Shown in pieces: positions 28,460-36,647 of a DNA stretch of 64,000 nt; positions within the stretch are counted from its first letter, which is position 1, and each line of letters opens with the position of its first letter. The position numbers and the translations under genes are program-made. This stretch comes from Bacteroidaceae bacterium (lineage in GTDB: Bacteria > Bacteroidota > Bacteroidia > Bacteroidales > Bacteroidaceae), in assembly GCA_017541025.1 (NCBI GenBank), contig JAFXZY010000008.1:44535-108534 (forward strand), given 5' to 3'. Under the pieces are notes generated by a model. The model ran no database searches and had not been told where the DNA came from. It worked only from the letters and a program-made list of their open reading frames with translations.

Positions 28460-29940
28460 CGTTTCATCCTATTGCGCCCTGCATCTATTCTCAGGAACAC
28501 AAAAAGCAAGATAGTAAAGCCCCACAGTGAAGAGCCTCCGTAACTGAAGAAGGGTAAGGGAATTCCTATCACGGGTGTCAGACCTAATACCATTCCGACA
28601 TTAATAAAAACATGAAAGAGGAATACACTCATGACACAGTAGCCATACACTCGCCCAAAGCTATAGGGTTGTCGTTCCGCCAAATGAATAAGTCTTAATA
28701 TCAAGACCAAAAAAAGAATCAGTACCGCAGCGCACCCTACGAAACCTTCCTCCTCACCTACTGTGCAGAAGATGAAGTCTGTATCCTGTTCTGGCACATA
28801 CTTTAGCTTTGTCTGGGTACCGTTTAGGAAGCCTTTTCCCTGCAAACCGCCAGAACCGATAGCAATTTTGGCCTGTATTACGTTATAGCCGGCTCCTCTG
28901 GGGTCGTCTTCCAGACCTAAAAGCACACGGATACGAGTTTGTTGGTGCGTCTTCATCACATTGTTCAACACAAAGTTAGCCGAATAGAAGAATGCAAGGC
29001 TTCCCAAGGCGAACATGGCAATGTAGAAGTAGCGAATCATGTTGTCACGCATGGCACGGTAAAGCAAGTATAGGATAGAAATTGCGCAAACACCCTGTAA
29101 AACCCACATCACATTGCACGGAATGATATAACGTGTAAATAATAACGCCAAGATGGTAGCTAATGTCCCCCACCCCAAAATGTGCCATCCTACGGCCTTG
29201 TTATTGGTATAAACCCATACCATTCCAACCGTGAAAAGTTGGACGAGCATGAGTACCAATGTCTGCCCAAGTGTCATCTGTGGAACTCCCATCAACGCTT
29301 CTTCTGAGAATCGCACACCAACCACAAAATATATTACAGCGGCAACCCCTGAGAAAAGAATGCTGCCAGGCATTCCTTCGCGATAAAGCATGAGAAAGAA
29401 AGCACCATAAACAAGGGCACTTCCCGTCTCACGTTGTAACATTATCAATACCATGGGCGTGACAATAAGGGCAATACATATGACAAAATCTTTCCAACGT
29501 CTCACATCAAACTCATACGTACTCATCACCTTGGCCACACATAGTGCAGTCCCGAATTTGGCAAACTCGGCTGGCTGGATGCTGAAAGTTCCAATTTTAA
29601 TCCACGACAAAGAACCTTTGATATCGTGTGCAAGATACGGAGTTACCGCCAAAAGGACAAGGAAACCCAAATATATAATGTAGGAAAGCGATTCTATCAG
29701 GCGGTCGTCTGTCATAAGTATCAGCGTTCCCAGAATGAGCGATGTGCCAATCCATACAATCTGCATACCGCTTCGGGTGGAGAAATCGACAATGCTGCCA
29801 CCCTGATCCAAATCATAACTGGCACCGCACACGCTCATCCAACCCATAGCCAATAGCATGAGGTAAATAAATATGGTGAACCAATCGATGGAACTCAAAA
29901 GGTTGGGACCTTGGTTATTTCTATTCAGATTCCGTCGCAT
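28456..29940 (-). CDS. rodA: Rod shape-determining SEDS protein RodA
   Basis: FtsW/RodA/SpoVE family, about 10 TM helices, motifs FQPAEFAK and PLPFFSYGGSS. Confidence 0.9.
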   Translation of the reverse strand: MRRNLNRNNQGPNLLSSIDWFTIFIYLMLLAMGWMSVCGASYDLDQGGSIVDFSTRSGMQIVWIGTSLILGTLILMTDDRLIESLSYIIYLGFLVLLAVTPYLAHDIKGSLSWIKIGTFSIQPAEFAKFGTALCVAKVMSTYEFDVRRWKDFVICIALIVTPMVLIMLQRETGSALVYGAFFLMLYREGMPGSILFSGVAAVIYFVVGVRFSEEALMGVPQMTLGQTLVLMLVQLFTVGMVWVYTNNKAVGWHILGWGTLATILALLFTRYIIPCNVMWVLQGVCAISILYLLYRAMRDNMIRYFYIAMFALGSLAFFYSANFVLNNVMKTHQQTRIRVLLGLEDDPRGAGYNVIQAKIAIGSGGLQGKGFLNGTQTKLKYVPEQDTDFIFCTVGEEEGFVGCAAVLILFLVLILRLIHLAERQPYSFGRVYGYCVMSVFLFHVFINVGMVLGLTPVIGIPLPFFSYGGSSLWGFTILLFVFLRIDAGRNRMKR

Positions 29941-31789
29941 TGTAATCTATTGGGGTAAAAAGATATTTATGTTCAAAGGCGCTTGCCTTCTGCATACTAC
30001 TCTCGGAAAGATGTCCGTTAATATACTGTTCCATCATCAACGCGCCAATAGGAACACCGTATGTAGCTCCCCACGTTCCATTTTCCACGTAAACGCAAAT
30101 AGCTATCTTAGGATTCTCACGGGGAGCGAATCCCATGAAAACGCTATGGTCTTGTCCGTGTGGATTCTGTGCCGTTCCTGTCTTTCCGCATACTTCATAC
30201 ATACTGGTGTTAGCGGTATGACAAGTTCCGCCTAATACGGCTTGACGCATACCCTGCACCACATACTCGTAGTTCTTACGCTCAACCTTTGTATAATGTT
30301 TTTTGGTATACATAGTATCAAGCGGATGTCCCTGCACCTCTTTCACCACATGTGGAATAATGAAATATCCTCTGTTGGCTATGGTAGCACCCAAATTAGC
30401 AATCTGCAGAGGGGTAAGATTCACCTCGCCCTGACCGATAGAGATACTAATGACGGTTAGCCCAGTCCAGTCACCACGATAAGCCTTATCGTAATAGGGT
30501 GCATTGGGTATCATGCCTCTTTTCTCGCCAGGAAGATCAATGCCCAACGTGTAGCCAAATCCCATGGAAACCATGTAATCCTTCCACGTAGTCATGGCAT
30601 CCTGAACAGTCGAGTATTTCTTTCTGTTCCCGAACATGTGGTACAGTCCCCAACAAAAATATCCGTTGCAGGATGTAGCGATGGCAGGAATAAGCGGAAG
30701 CGGCGAGCCGTGTCCATGACAACCAACGGTAAGACCTCTGTTATGGAATCCGTGACTGCAAGGGTAAGCCGTACCCGGAGTTATCACACCTTCCTGCAGA
30801 AAAGTCAGCGCCTGACTGGTTTTAAACGTTGAGCCGGGAGGATATTGTCCCATGATGGCTCGGTTGAGCAGAGGCTTATGCAAATCCTGACTTAGAAGCT
30901 TCTGGCTCTTGCCACGCTGTCGGCCAACCATCATCTTAGGGTCGAAGGTAGGGCTTGATACCATGCATAGAACCTCGCCAGTGGAAGGTTCTATGGCAAC
31001 GATACTGCCCAGTTTACCTTTCATAAGTCTTTCGCCCAGCGCCTGCAACTTAATGTCGATACTAAGTTTCAAGTTTCGTCCGGGCACAGGAGCCAGGTCG
31101 AATTTCCCGTTCTGGTAATGACCTTTGATACGACCTCTGGCATCTCTCAGCAGAATCTCAATTCCTTTTTCGCCACGCAAATCCTTCTCATAGCTACGTT
31201 CTACCCCCAATTTACCAATATAGTCACCACTCTGATAGTAACTGTCGTTTTCTATATCCTGAGGATTCACCTCGCCCACATCGCCCAAAATATGAGCAGC
31301 ATAAGGGTGACGGTACTGGCGAATGCTACGTTTCTGTATATAGAAGCCAGGGAAACGGAAAAGTTTCTCCTGAAAGCGGCTGAATTCCTCGGTAGAAAGC
31401 TGGCTCATAAAGAGTTGTTGGGTGAAACGGCTATACCCAGGGTTGCGCCAATGGTCTTTAATCTCCTCCATGCGACGAACATACCAATCTCTGCTGATAT
31501 GCAGACTCTGACACAGATCAAGTGTATCAACACCTTCCTGTTCGTTCATTATCACCATCACATCATAAGCAGGTTGATTGAATACCAACAATTCTCCGTT
31601 ACGATCGGTGATAACACCACGAGCAGGGTATTGAATACGACGCAGGAAGGCATTACTATCTGCATTCTTCTTGAAATCGTCACTTAGCAGTTGCAGCGTA
31701 AAGAGACGAATCAAATAAATCAGAATGATGAGGAATGCCACACCACCCAATATGTATTTCCTTTTTTCTAAGTCGTAATTGGCAGCCAT
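29921..31789 (-). CDS. mrdA: Penicillin-binding protein 2 (elongasome transpeptidase)
   Basis: PGSTFK (SxxK), SCNGY (SxN) and GKTGTA (KTG). The track start at 31843 is TTG; the ATG at 31789 gives MAANYDLEKRKY plus a TM helix. Confidence 0.9.
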   Translation of the reverse strand: MAANYDLEKRKYILGGVAFLIILIYLIRLFTLQLLSDDFKKNADSNAFLRRIQYPARGVITDRNGELLVFNQPAYDVMVIMNEQEGVDTLDLCQSLHISRDWYVRRMEEIKDHWRNPGYSRFTQQLFMSQLSTEEFSRFQEKLFRFPGFYIQKRSIRQYRHPYAAHILGDVGEVNPQDIENDSYYQSGDYIGKLGVERSYEKDLRGEKGIEILLRDARGRIKGHYQNGKFDLAPVPGRNLKLSIDIKLQALGERLMKGKLGSIVAIEPSTGEVLCMVSSPTFDPKMMVGRQRGKSQKLLSQDLHKPLLNRAIMGQYPPGSTFKTSQALTFLQEGVITPGTAYPCSHGFHNRGLTVGCHGHGSPLPLIPAIATSCNGYFCWGLYHMFGNRKKYSTVQDAMTTWKDYMVSMGFGYTLGIDLPGEKRGMIPNAPYYDKAYRGDWTGLTVISISIGQGEVNLTPLQIANLGATIANRGYFIIPHVVKEVQGHPLDTMYTKKHYTKVERKNYEYVVQGMRQAVLGGTCHTANTSMYEVCGKTGTAQNPHGQDHSVFMGFAPRENPKIAICVYVENGTWGATYGVPIGALMMEQYINGHLSESSMQKASAFEHKYLFTPIDYNATESE

Positions 31790-31805
31790 ATTAAGTGGGA
31801 GCTGA

Positions 31806-32309
31806 TTATTTCTTTTTACGGAAAGATTCGAGGAAAAGGGCAAGCAGAACGCTACTACCCCAACTTGCCACCATCAGCAAGGCGGCATCTGAAATGTGGT
31901 AGAGAGAGAAACATTCCAAACCGAAATATACCAGATGGTGCATTAGGAATATAATCATCACATACTTTACATAATTCCACGTACCCATGGTTTGCATAGT
32001 AGGTGTGATATCCTCAGCGGCATCCCTGGGTGCCATCAATTTTAATAAAGCAGGCTGAATAAGGGCGGCGAAAGTCATAGCACCACTTGCAACTCCGGGA
32101 GTATTGGTAAAGATATCAACCAGCATGCCCGTACAGAAGCCCCATAGCAGAACCGATGCCTTTATGGTTCCCATAGGCATATAGAGCAATAAAACCACAA
32201 AGATAAGCGGAGTTCCGTAGCCCATGATTTGCAGGTGGTTGAGCACCAACACCTGAAATGCCACTAACAGCAGCATGAGGACAAACCGTTTAAGTTGTGT
32301 AACTATCAT
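31806..32309 (-). CDS. mreD: Rod shape-determining protein MreD
   Basis: Small polytopic membrane protein located between mreC and mrdA. Confidence 0.75.
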   Translation of the reverse strand: MIVTQLKRFVLMLLLVAFQVLVLNHLQIMGYGTPLIFVVLLLYMPMGTIKASVLLWGFCTGMLVDIFTNTPGVASGAMTFAALIQPALLKLMAPRDAAEDITPTMQTMGTWNYVKYVMIIFLMHHLVYFGLECFSLYHISDAALLMVASWGSSVLLALFLESFRKKK

Positions 32310-33139
32310 TCCCTTCTGAGTGTATCTAATTCTTCCTTCATCTGGTGCTTCAGCACGTAAACATTCTGTACATGGGCGATATCTGTGCTCATCTGTATTT
32401 CCAGCGAATAAGCCAGACCGTCGCCACTATTGTGTATCTGGGCTACTCTACCTAAAAAGATGCCTGCAGGAAAAAGACTACTGAAACCGCTTGTCTCCAC
32501 TATATCGCCGATTCGAGGATTAGCATGCCGGGGCACATCATCCATTGAGACCTGTAAGGGATTGCCTCCGTTCCATTTCATGTAACCAAAGTACTCCGTT
32601 CCCCTAAGACGGCAACTGATACTGCTCCTGCTATTCAATACAGATAACACAAGGGCGTAGTGGGGAGTAACCTTGCTGACAATTCCCACCACTCCGGTAC
32701 CGCTGATTACTCCCATCTCCGGTTCCACACCATCATTGCTTCCCACATTGACAGTTATCAGATTATCACGCTGTCTGACACTGTTCGATATAACCTGTGC
32801 AGGTATCATCTCCATGTCCTTCAGCAAATCCAGTTGATATTGTCGTGTTATGGACGTGTCCTTTTTCAACTCGGCAAGTTCATGACGCAAAACATTCAGG
32901 TTGTTCTGCAATAATACGTTCTGGCGAACAAGATAGGCATTCTCTTTTCCCAGATTCATATATTGCAGCCCCTTGGCTTCCCATTCCAAAACCTTCCCTG
33001 CAACTGTGTTGGCCTGAGTGAACCATACGCTACCCTGGTAGTGGTTGAACTTGAAAAGCATGAATCCACTGAGCACCTCCAAAAGCAGGAAAATAACCCA
33101 GTGGACATTTTGTGATATTCTGTCAAGTAGTTCTCGCAA
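32306..33139 (-). CDS. mreC: Rod shape-determining protein MreC (TTG start)
   Basis: N-terminal TM helix, coiled coil, and beta domain GVISGTGVVGIV...GDIVETSG. Confidence 0.85.
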   Translation of the reverse strand: MRELLDRISQNVHWVIFLLLEVLSGFMLFKFNHYQGSVWFTQANTVAGKVLEWEAKGLQYMNLGKENAYLVRQNVLLQNNLNVLRHELAELKKDTSITRQYQLDLLKDMEMIPAQVISNSVRQRDNLITVNVGSNDGVEPEMGVISGTGVVGIVSKVTPHYALVLSVLNSRSSISCRLRGTEYFGYMKWNGGNPLQVSMDDVPRHANPRIGDIVETSGFSSLFPAGIFLGRVAQIHNSGDGLAYSLEIQMSTDIAHVQNVYVLKHQMKEELDTLRRE

Positions 33140-33140
33140 A

Positions 33141-34160
33141 TTACATTAAGAATGGGAATTCATGAATATTCTTCAATGCAACGCCTGTACCCTTTGCTAC
33201 ACAATGCAGAGGGTCTTCTGCCACATGGAAGGGGATGTTAATCTTGTCGGTCAGACGTTTTGCAAGACCACGCAGGAGGGCACCTCCACCAGCCAGATAG
33301 ATACCGTTTTTAACAATGTCGGCATAAAGTTCAGGCGGGGTCTCCTCCAAGGCACTCAGGATGGCAGCCTCTATCTTGGCAATGGTCTTCTCCAGACAAT
33401 GAGCTATTTCCTGATAGCATACAGGAACCTCCATAGGCAGGGCTGTAATGCGGTTAGGGCCATGAACTACATAATCTTCAGGAGCATCGTCGCCCAGGTC
33501 GGCAAGAGCGGCACCCACGTGAATCTTAATACGTTCAGCCATACGCTCACTTACCTTAACATTGTGTTGGCGACCCATATATTCCTGAATATCAGCTGTC
33601 AGCACATCGCCGGCAACACGCAGGCTCTTGTCAGCAACAATACCTCCAAGGCTGATTACTGCAATCTCAGTACTTCCGCCACCTATATCCACAATCATAT
33701 TTCCTTCAGGAGCCAATACGTCAAGTCCGATACCAATAGCAGCAGCCATAGGTTCATAGATCAGGTAAACCTCTCGTCCGCCAGCATGCTCGGCACTGTC
33801 TCTTACGGCACGCAGTTCCACCTCAGTACTGCCGCTGGGTACACCTATAACCATTCTCATACTGGGTGAAAACAAGCGATTTCCAGAATGTACCATTTTT
33901 ATCAAACCGCGCATCATCTGTTCACAGGCATTAAAGTTTGCTATCACGCCGTCACGCAGCGGACGGATGGTCTGTATTTCCGGATTAGTTTTCTCGTACA
34001 TCATCTTAGCCTTTTCACCTACGGCAATCATACGCTCACTACGGCGATCCAAGGCTACTACGCTGGGCTCGTCTACCACTATTCGGCCATCACTAATAAT
34101 GATAGTGTTGGCGGTACCCAAGTCCATTGCAAGTTCTTTATTAAGCGAAAACCACTTCAT
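33141..34160 (-). CDS. mreB: Rod shape-determining actin homologue MreB
   Basis: MKWFSLNKELAMDLGTANTII..., DIGGGSTEIAVISLGG. The track's 15-aa N-terminal extension (LSIINYQL) is only the translated ATAATTG repeat. Confidence 0.95.
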   Translation of the reverse strand: MKWFSLNKELAMDLGTANTIIISDGRIVVDEPSVVALDRRSERMIAVGEKAKMMYEKTNPEIQTIRPLRDGVIANFNACEQMMRGLIKMVHSGNRLFSPSMRMVIGVPSGSTEVELRAVRDSAEHAGGREVYLIYEPMAAAIGIGLDVLAPEGNMIVDIGGGSTEIAVISLGGIVADKSLRVAGDVLTADIQEYMGRQHNVKVSERMAERIKIHVGAALADLGDDAPEDYVVHGPNRITALPMEVPVCYQEIAHCLEKTIAKIEAAILSALEETPPELYADIVKNGIYLAGGGALLRGLAKRLTDKINIPFHVAEDPLHCVAKGTGVALKNIHEFPFLM

Positions 34161-34166
34161 GTGTTG

Positions 34167-34236
34167 TAATTGATAATTGATAATTGATAATTGGGCTTTA
34201 GTCAATAACCTCTAACCTTTAGCCAACAAACCAACC
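34167..34236. repeat. AT-rich tandem word module ((ATAATTG)x3.5 plus ATAACC/AGCCAAC words)
   Basis: TAATTGATAATTGATAATTGATAATTG (34167-34193) and AATAACCTCTAACCTTTAGCCAACAAACCAACC (34204-34236). The latter encodes the last codons and stop of the truncated purH. Confidence 0.8.
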
Positions 34237-34812
34237 GTGGATGGCAGTATCATAATGGCTGCTTACGCCAAAGGCACGGGTTGCGAACCACTTGCGGTCT
34301 TCTATCTCGCTTTGAGCGCCCTTTTTCTGCAATAAATCCAACAATGGCTTGTACTCCGCCTTTGAAGGAACAATAATAACGTCGCGGAAGTTCTTGGCTG
34401 CGGCGCGAATCAGGCTAATACCACCTATGTCAATCTTCTCAATGATATCTTCTGCACTTGCACCACTGGCAACCGTATCCTCGAAGGGATAGAGATCAAC
34501 TATTACCAGGTCAATGGCTGGGATTTCATACTGTTTCATCTGCTGCTGGTCGGACTCCAGTTCCCTGCGCCCCAGAATGCCACCGAACACCTTTGGATGA
34601 AGTGTCTTAACTCTGCCACCCAATATACTTGGGTACGTAGTTACATCCTCAACCTTCTGACAAGGTATCCCCAGGCTCTCAATAAAGGTCTGAGTACCAC
34701 CAGTGCTCAAAAGTTCAACACCTTGCGCATTCAGCGTGCGCAGAATTTCCTCCAATCCGTCTTTGTGAAATACAGATACCAGAGCTCGCTGGATTTTTCT
34801 TGTTTCTGCCAT
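34219..34812 (-). CDS. purH: IMP cyclohydrolase: PurH N-terminal MGS-like domain only, with the AICAR transformylase domain missing
   Basis: ALVSVFHKDGL, STGGT, GGRVKTLHPKVFGGIL, DLVIVDLYPF and GGISLIRAAAKN. The ORF stops after 197 aa where the AICARFT domain normally begins. Confidence 0.8.
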   Translation of the reverse strand: MAETRKIQRALVSVFHKDGLEEILRTLNAQGVELLSTGGTQTFIESLGIPCQKVEDVTTYPSILGGRVKTLHPKVFGGILGRRELESDQQQMKQYEIPAIDLVIVDLYPFEDTVASGASAEDIIEKIDIGGISLIRAAAKNFRDVIIVPSKAEYKPLLDLLQKKGAQSEIEDRKWFATRAFGVSSHYDTAIHGWFVG

Positions 34813-34852
34813 ATATAATGTATTTATGCGTACGTGTATATAAAATGAAGGG

Positions 34853-34860
34853 CAAAATTA
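34853..34860 (-). promoter_or_regulatory. Bacteroidetes -7 box (TAATTTTG on minus strand) for the truncated purH
   Basis: Matches TAnnTTTG, about 40 nt upstream of the ATG at 34812. Confidence 0.4.
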
Positions 34861-34924
34861 CATATTTTCTATGAATGAGCCACATTTTTCACCTCATTTT
34901 TTTATTAAAAAACAGATTTTTTTA

Positions 34925-34932
34925 TAACTTTG
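34925..34932 (+). promoter_or_regulatory. Bacteroidetes -7 box (TAACTTTG) for GH43
   Basis: Matches TAnnTTTG, 33 nt upstream of the ATG at 34965. Confidence 0.4.
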
Positions 34933-34964
34933 CCCCCTGTAATGAAAGAACCATTGAAACAAGA

Positions 34965-35945
34965 ATGACACGAAATTGCCGTTTACTCATTTTTTTACCC
35001 ATCTTTTTGATGTCACTTTTAGTATGTGCTCAGGAGGTAAAAAATCCCGTTTGGCCCCGCAATTGGCCTGACCCCACAATATGGAAGGCAGATGATGGAC
35101 GCTATTATTGTATAGCGACCAATCCGCGACGTTCTTTGGTAAGCGACGATTTGTTTCACTGGCAAATTTCAGATATCTCGCCTATTGATAATGCTTCCTG
35201 GGAAACCATATCCGGGATTTCACGCAATTACTGGGCTCCCGATGTGGCAACAGTTAACGGCAAACGTCTCATGTACCTCACCTTATATAATAGCGCCGAG
35301 GACAGCAACATTGCCGTCCTGCAAGAAGCAGAACCATGCCAATTCCTGTTCAAGGGTATCATTACCCGAGGAAAAGAGACGGGTATCGAGGACACTATTG
35401 ATCCTGAAGTTATTACAGACCCCAAGACAGGAAAAGTATGGCTCTTCTTTGGGTCAGTAGGTGGTATTCACCGTGTTGAGCTTACTCCAGACGGTCTTTC
35501 CCTAAAAGAAGGAGCCAAGTACGAGCATGTGGCAGGTCTGACCGTTCATCAGTGTCCCGACCGTTCAAAAGTTTTTGAAGGTTCCTACCTTCATTATCAC
35601 AAGGGGTACTGGTATCTGTTTGTCAGTTCCGGCTTCTTCGGTAATCATACTTACCAGTTACAGGTGGGGCGCAGTAAAAAACTTACAGGCGATTTTATGA
35701 ACAAGGAAGGCAAACCCATGTTAGAGGGTTATGCCACACCTGTAATACATAGCGATGAGGGTGATAATTTCTTTGGGCCTGGCCACTGCGGCGAGATTTT
35801 TACGGCGTCTGATGGCAAAGAATACATTTTCTATCACTGTCATGTACGAGAAAGTCAGCGGCCGGAACAACGACCGATGTTTATGTCTCGCATCCTGTGG
35901 GGCAAAGACGGATGGCCTTATGTTGAAGGAGGGAAACCGATATAA
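34965..35945 (+). CDS. GH43-family glycoside hydrolase (arabinanase/xylosidase-like), secreted
   Basis: The ATG at 34965 gives MTRNCRLLIFLPIFLMSLLVCAQE. GH43 motifs WPDPTIW, YWAPDV and VFEGSYLHYHKGYWYLFVS. Confidence 0.85.
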   Translation: MTRNCRLLIFLPIFLMSLLVCAQEVKNPVWPRNWPDPTIWKADDGRYYCIATNPRRSLVSDDLFHWQISDISPIDNASWETISGISRNYWAPDVATVNGKRLMYLTLYNSAEDSNIAVLQEAEPCQFLFKGIITRGKETGIEDTIDPEVITDPKTGKVWLFFGSVGGIHRVELTPDGLSLKEGAKYEHVAGLTVHQCPDRSKVFEGSYLHYHKGYWYLFVSSGFFGNHTYQLQVGRSKKLTGDFMNKEGKPMLEGYATPVIHSDEGDNFFGPGHCGEIFTASDGKEYIFYHCHVRESQRPEQRPMFMSRILWGKDGWPYVEGGKPI

Positions 35946-36017
35946 AGTTGAAAGTTTATAGTTTAAAGTTTATAGTTTAAGAGGTTCGCTAACCGCTAAA
36001 AATGAATTATGAATTGA
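35946..36017. repeat. AT-rich tandem word module (AAAGTTTATAGTTTA x2, CGCTAAC x2, ATGAATT x2)
   Basis: Read directly. It shares the anchors AAGTTGAAA, TCGCTAA-C-G and AATTATGAATT with 58107-58164. Confidence 0.75.
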
Positions 36018-36024
36018 AAAACTG

Positions 36025-36618
36025 ATGGCAGTTGACGAGAGTAATATAATACGAGGTCTGATGGAAGGCACTGAGGACGCATACAGATATGTGTTCAAGG
36101 TGTACTATGGACCTATGTGTATCTTGGCAGAGAGCATTCTCCTTGACGAATTTCTGGCGCAGGCTGCCGTTTCCGATGTTATCAGTCATCTTTACGAGGT
36201 GCGTAGCGAGGTGGTCATTCATTCCAACCTCAGAAGCTATCTGATGATGAGCACACGTAACCACTGCCTTAACTTGCTTAACTCCAAGACTGTTCGTTCC
36301 GTGCAAACCTTCAGTACGTTAGGCGAACAGGATGCGCGCAACGTTCTTTCAGGACTTGACACCGTTACACCTCAAGGTAAACTGCTCGACAATGAACTGG
36401 AAGGGTTGATGCGCGATTGCATTGAGAATCTTCCTGAGCCTGTTAAGACCACCTTTATCATGAGTCGTTTTCAGGACATGACCTACCGTCAGATAGGTGC
36501 CGAGGATGGGGTCAGTGCCAATACTGTTAAGGTTCGTATACAACATGCTCTCAAGTTGATTGAACAGCGATTTTCAAAATATTTAACCTTTTTAACAATT
36601 TTTATAGCGCTGAATTGA
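36025..36618 (+). CDS. ECF (sigma-70 family, group 4) RNA polymerase sigma factor
   Basis: Region 2 (YRYVFKVYYGPMC...) and region 4 HTH (MTYRQIGAEDGVSANTVKVRIQHALKLI). Confidence 0.85.
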   Translation: MAVDESNIIRGLMEGTEDAYRYVFKVYYGPMCILAESILLDEFLAQAAVSDVISHLYEVRSEVVIHSNLRSYLMMSTRNHCLNLLNSKTVRSVQTFSTLGEQDARNVLSGLDTVTPQGKLLDNELEGLMRDCIENLPEPVKTTFIMSRFQDMTYRQIGAEDGVSANTVKVRIQHALKLIEQRFSKYLTFLTIFIALN

Positions 36619-36647
36619 CACAAGAAGGTAATTAATTTGTCATATCA

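Noticed and set aside
31790-31843. N-terminal extensions created by non-ATG starts in the ORF track: PBP2 at 31843, CDF at 20136, AraC at 17512, GH2 at 14158 and the barrel protein at 6685.
   Set aside because: The track opens ORFs at TTG or GTG. In each case a nearby in-frame ATG gives a canonical N-terminus (signal peptide or TM helix, or a family-typical start). For TrmH-like (1597) and MreC (33139) no ATG alternative exists, so TTG was kept.
34161-34205. A 15-aa N-terminal extension of MreB in the ORF track (MTKAQLSIINYQLQH...).
   Set aside because: The extension is simply the translated (ATAATTG)n word repeat. MKWFSLNKELAMDLGTANT from the ATG at 34160 matches the usual MreB N-terminus.
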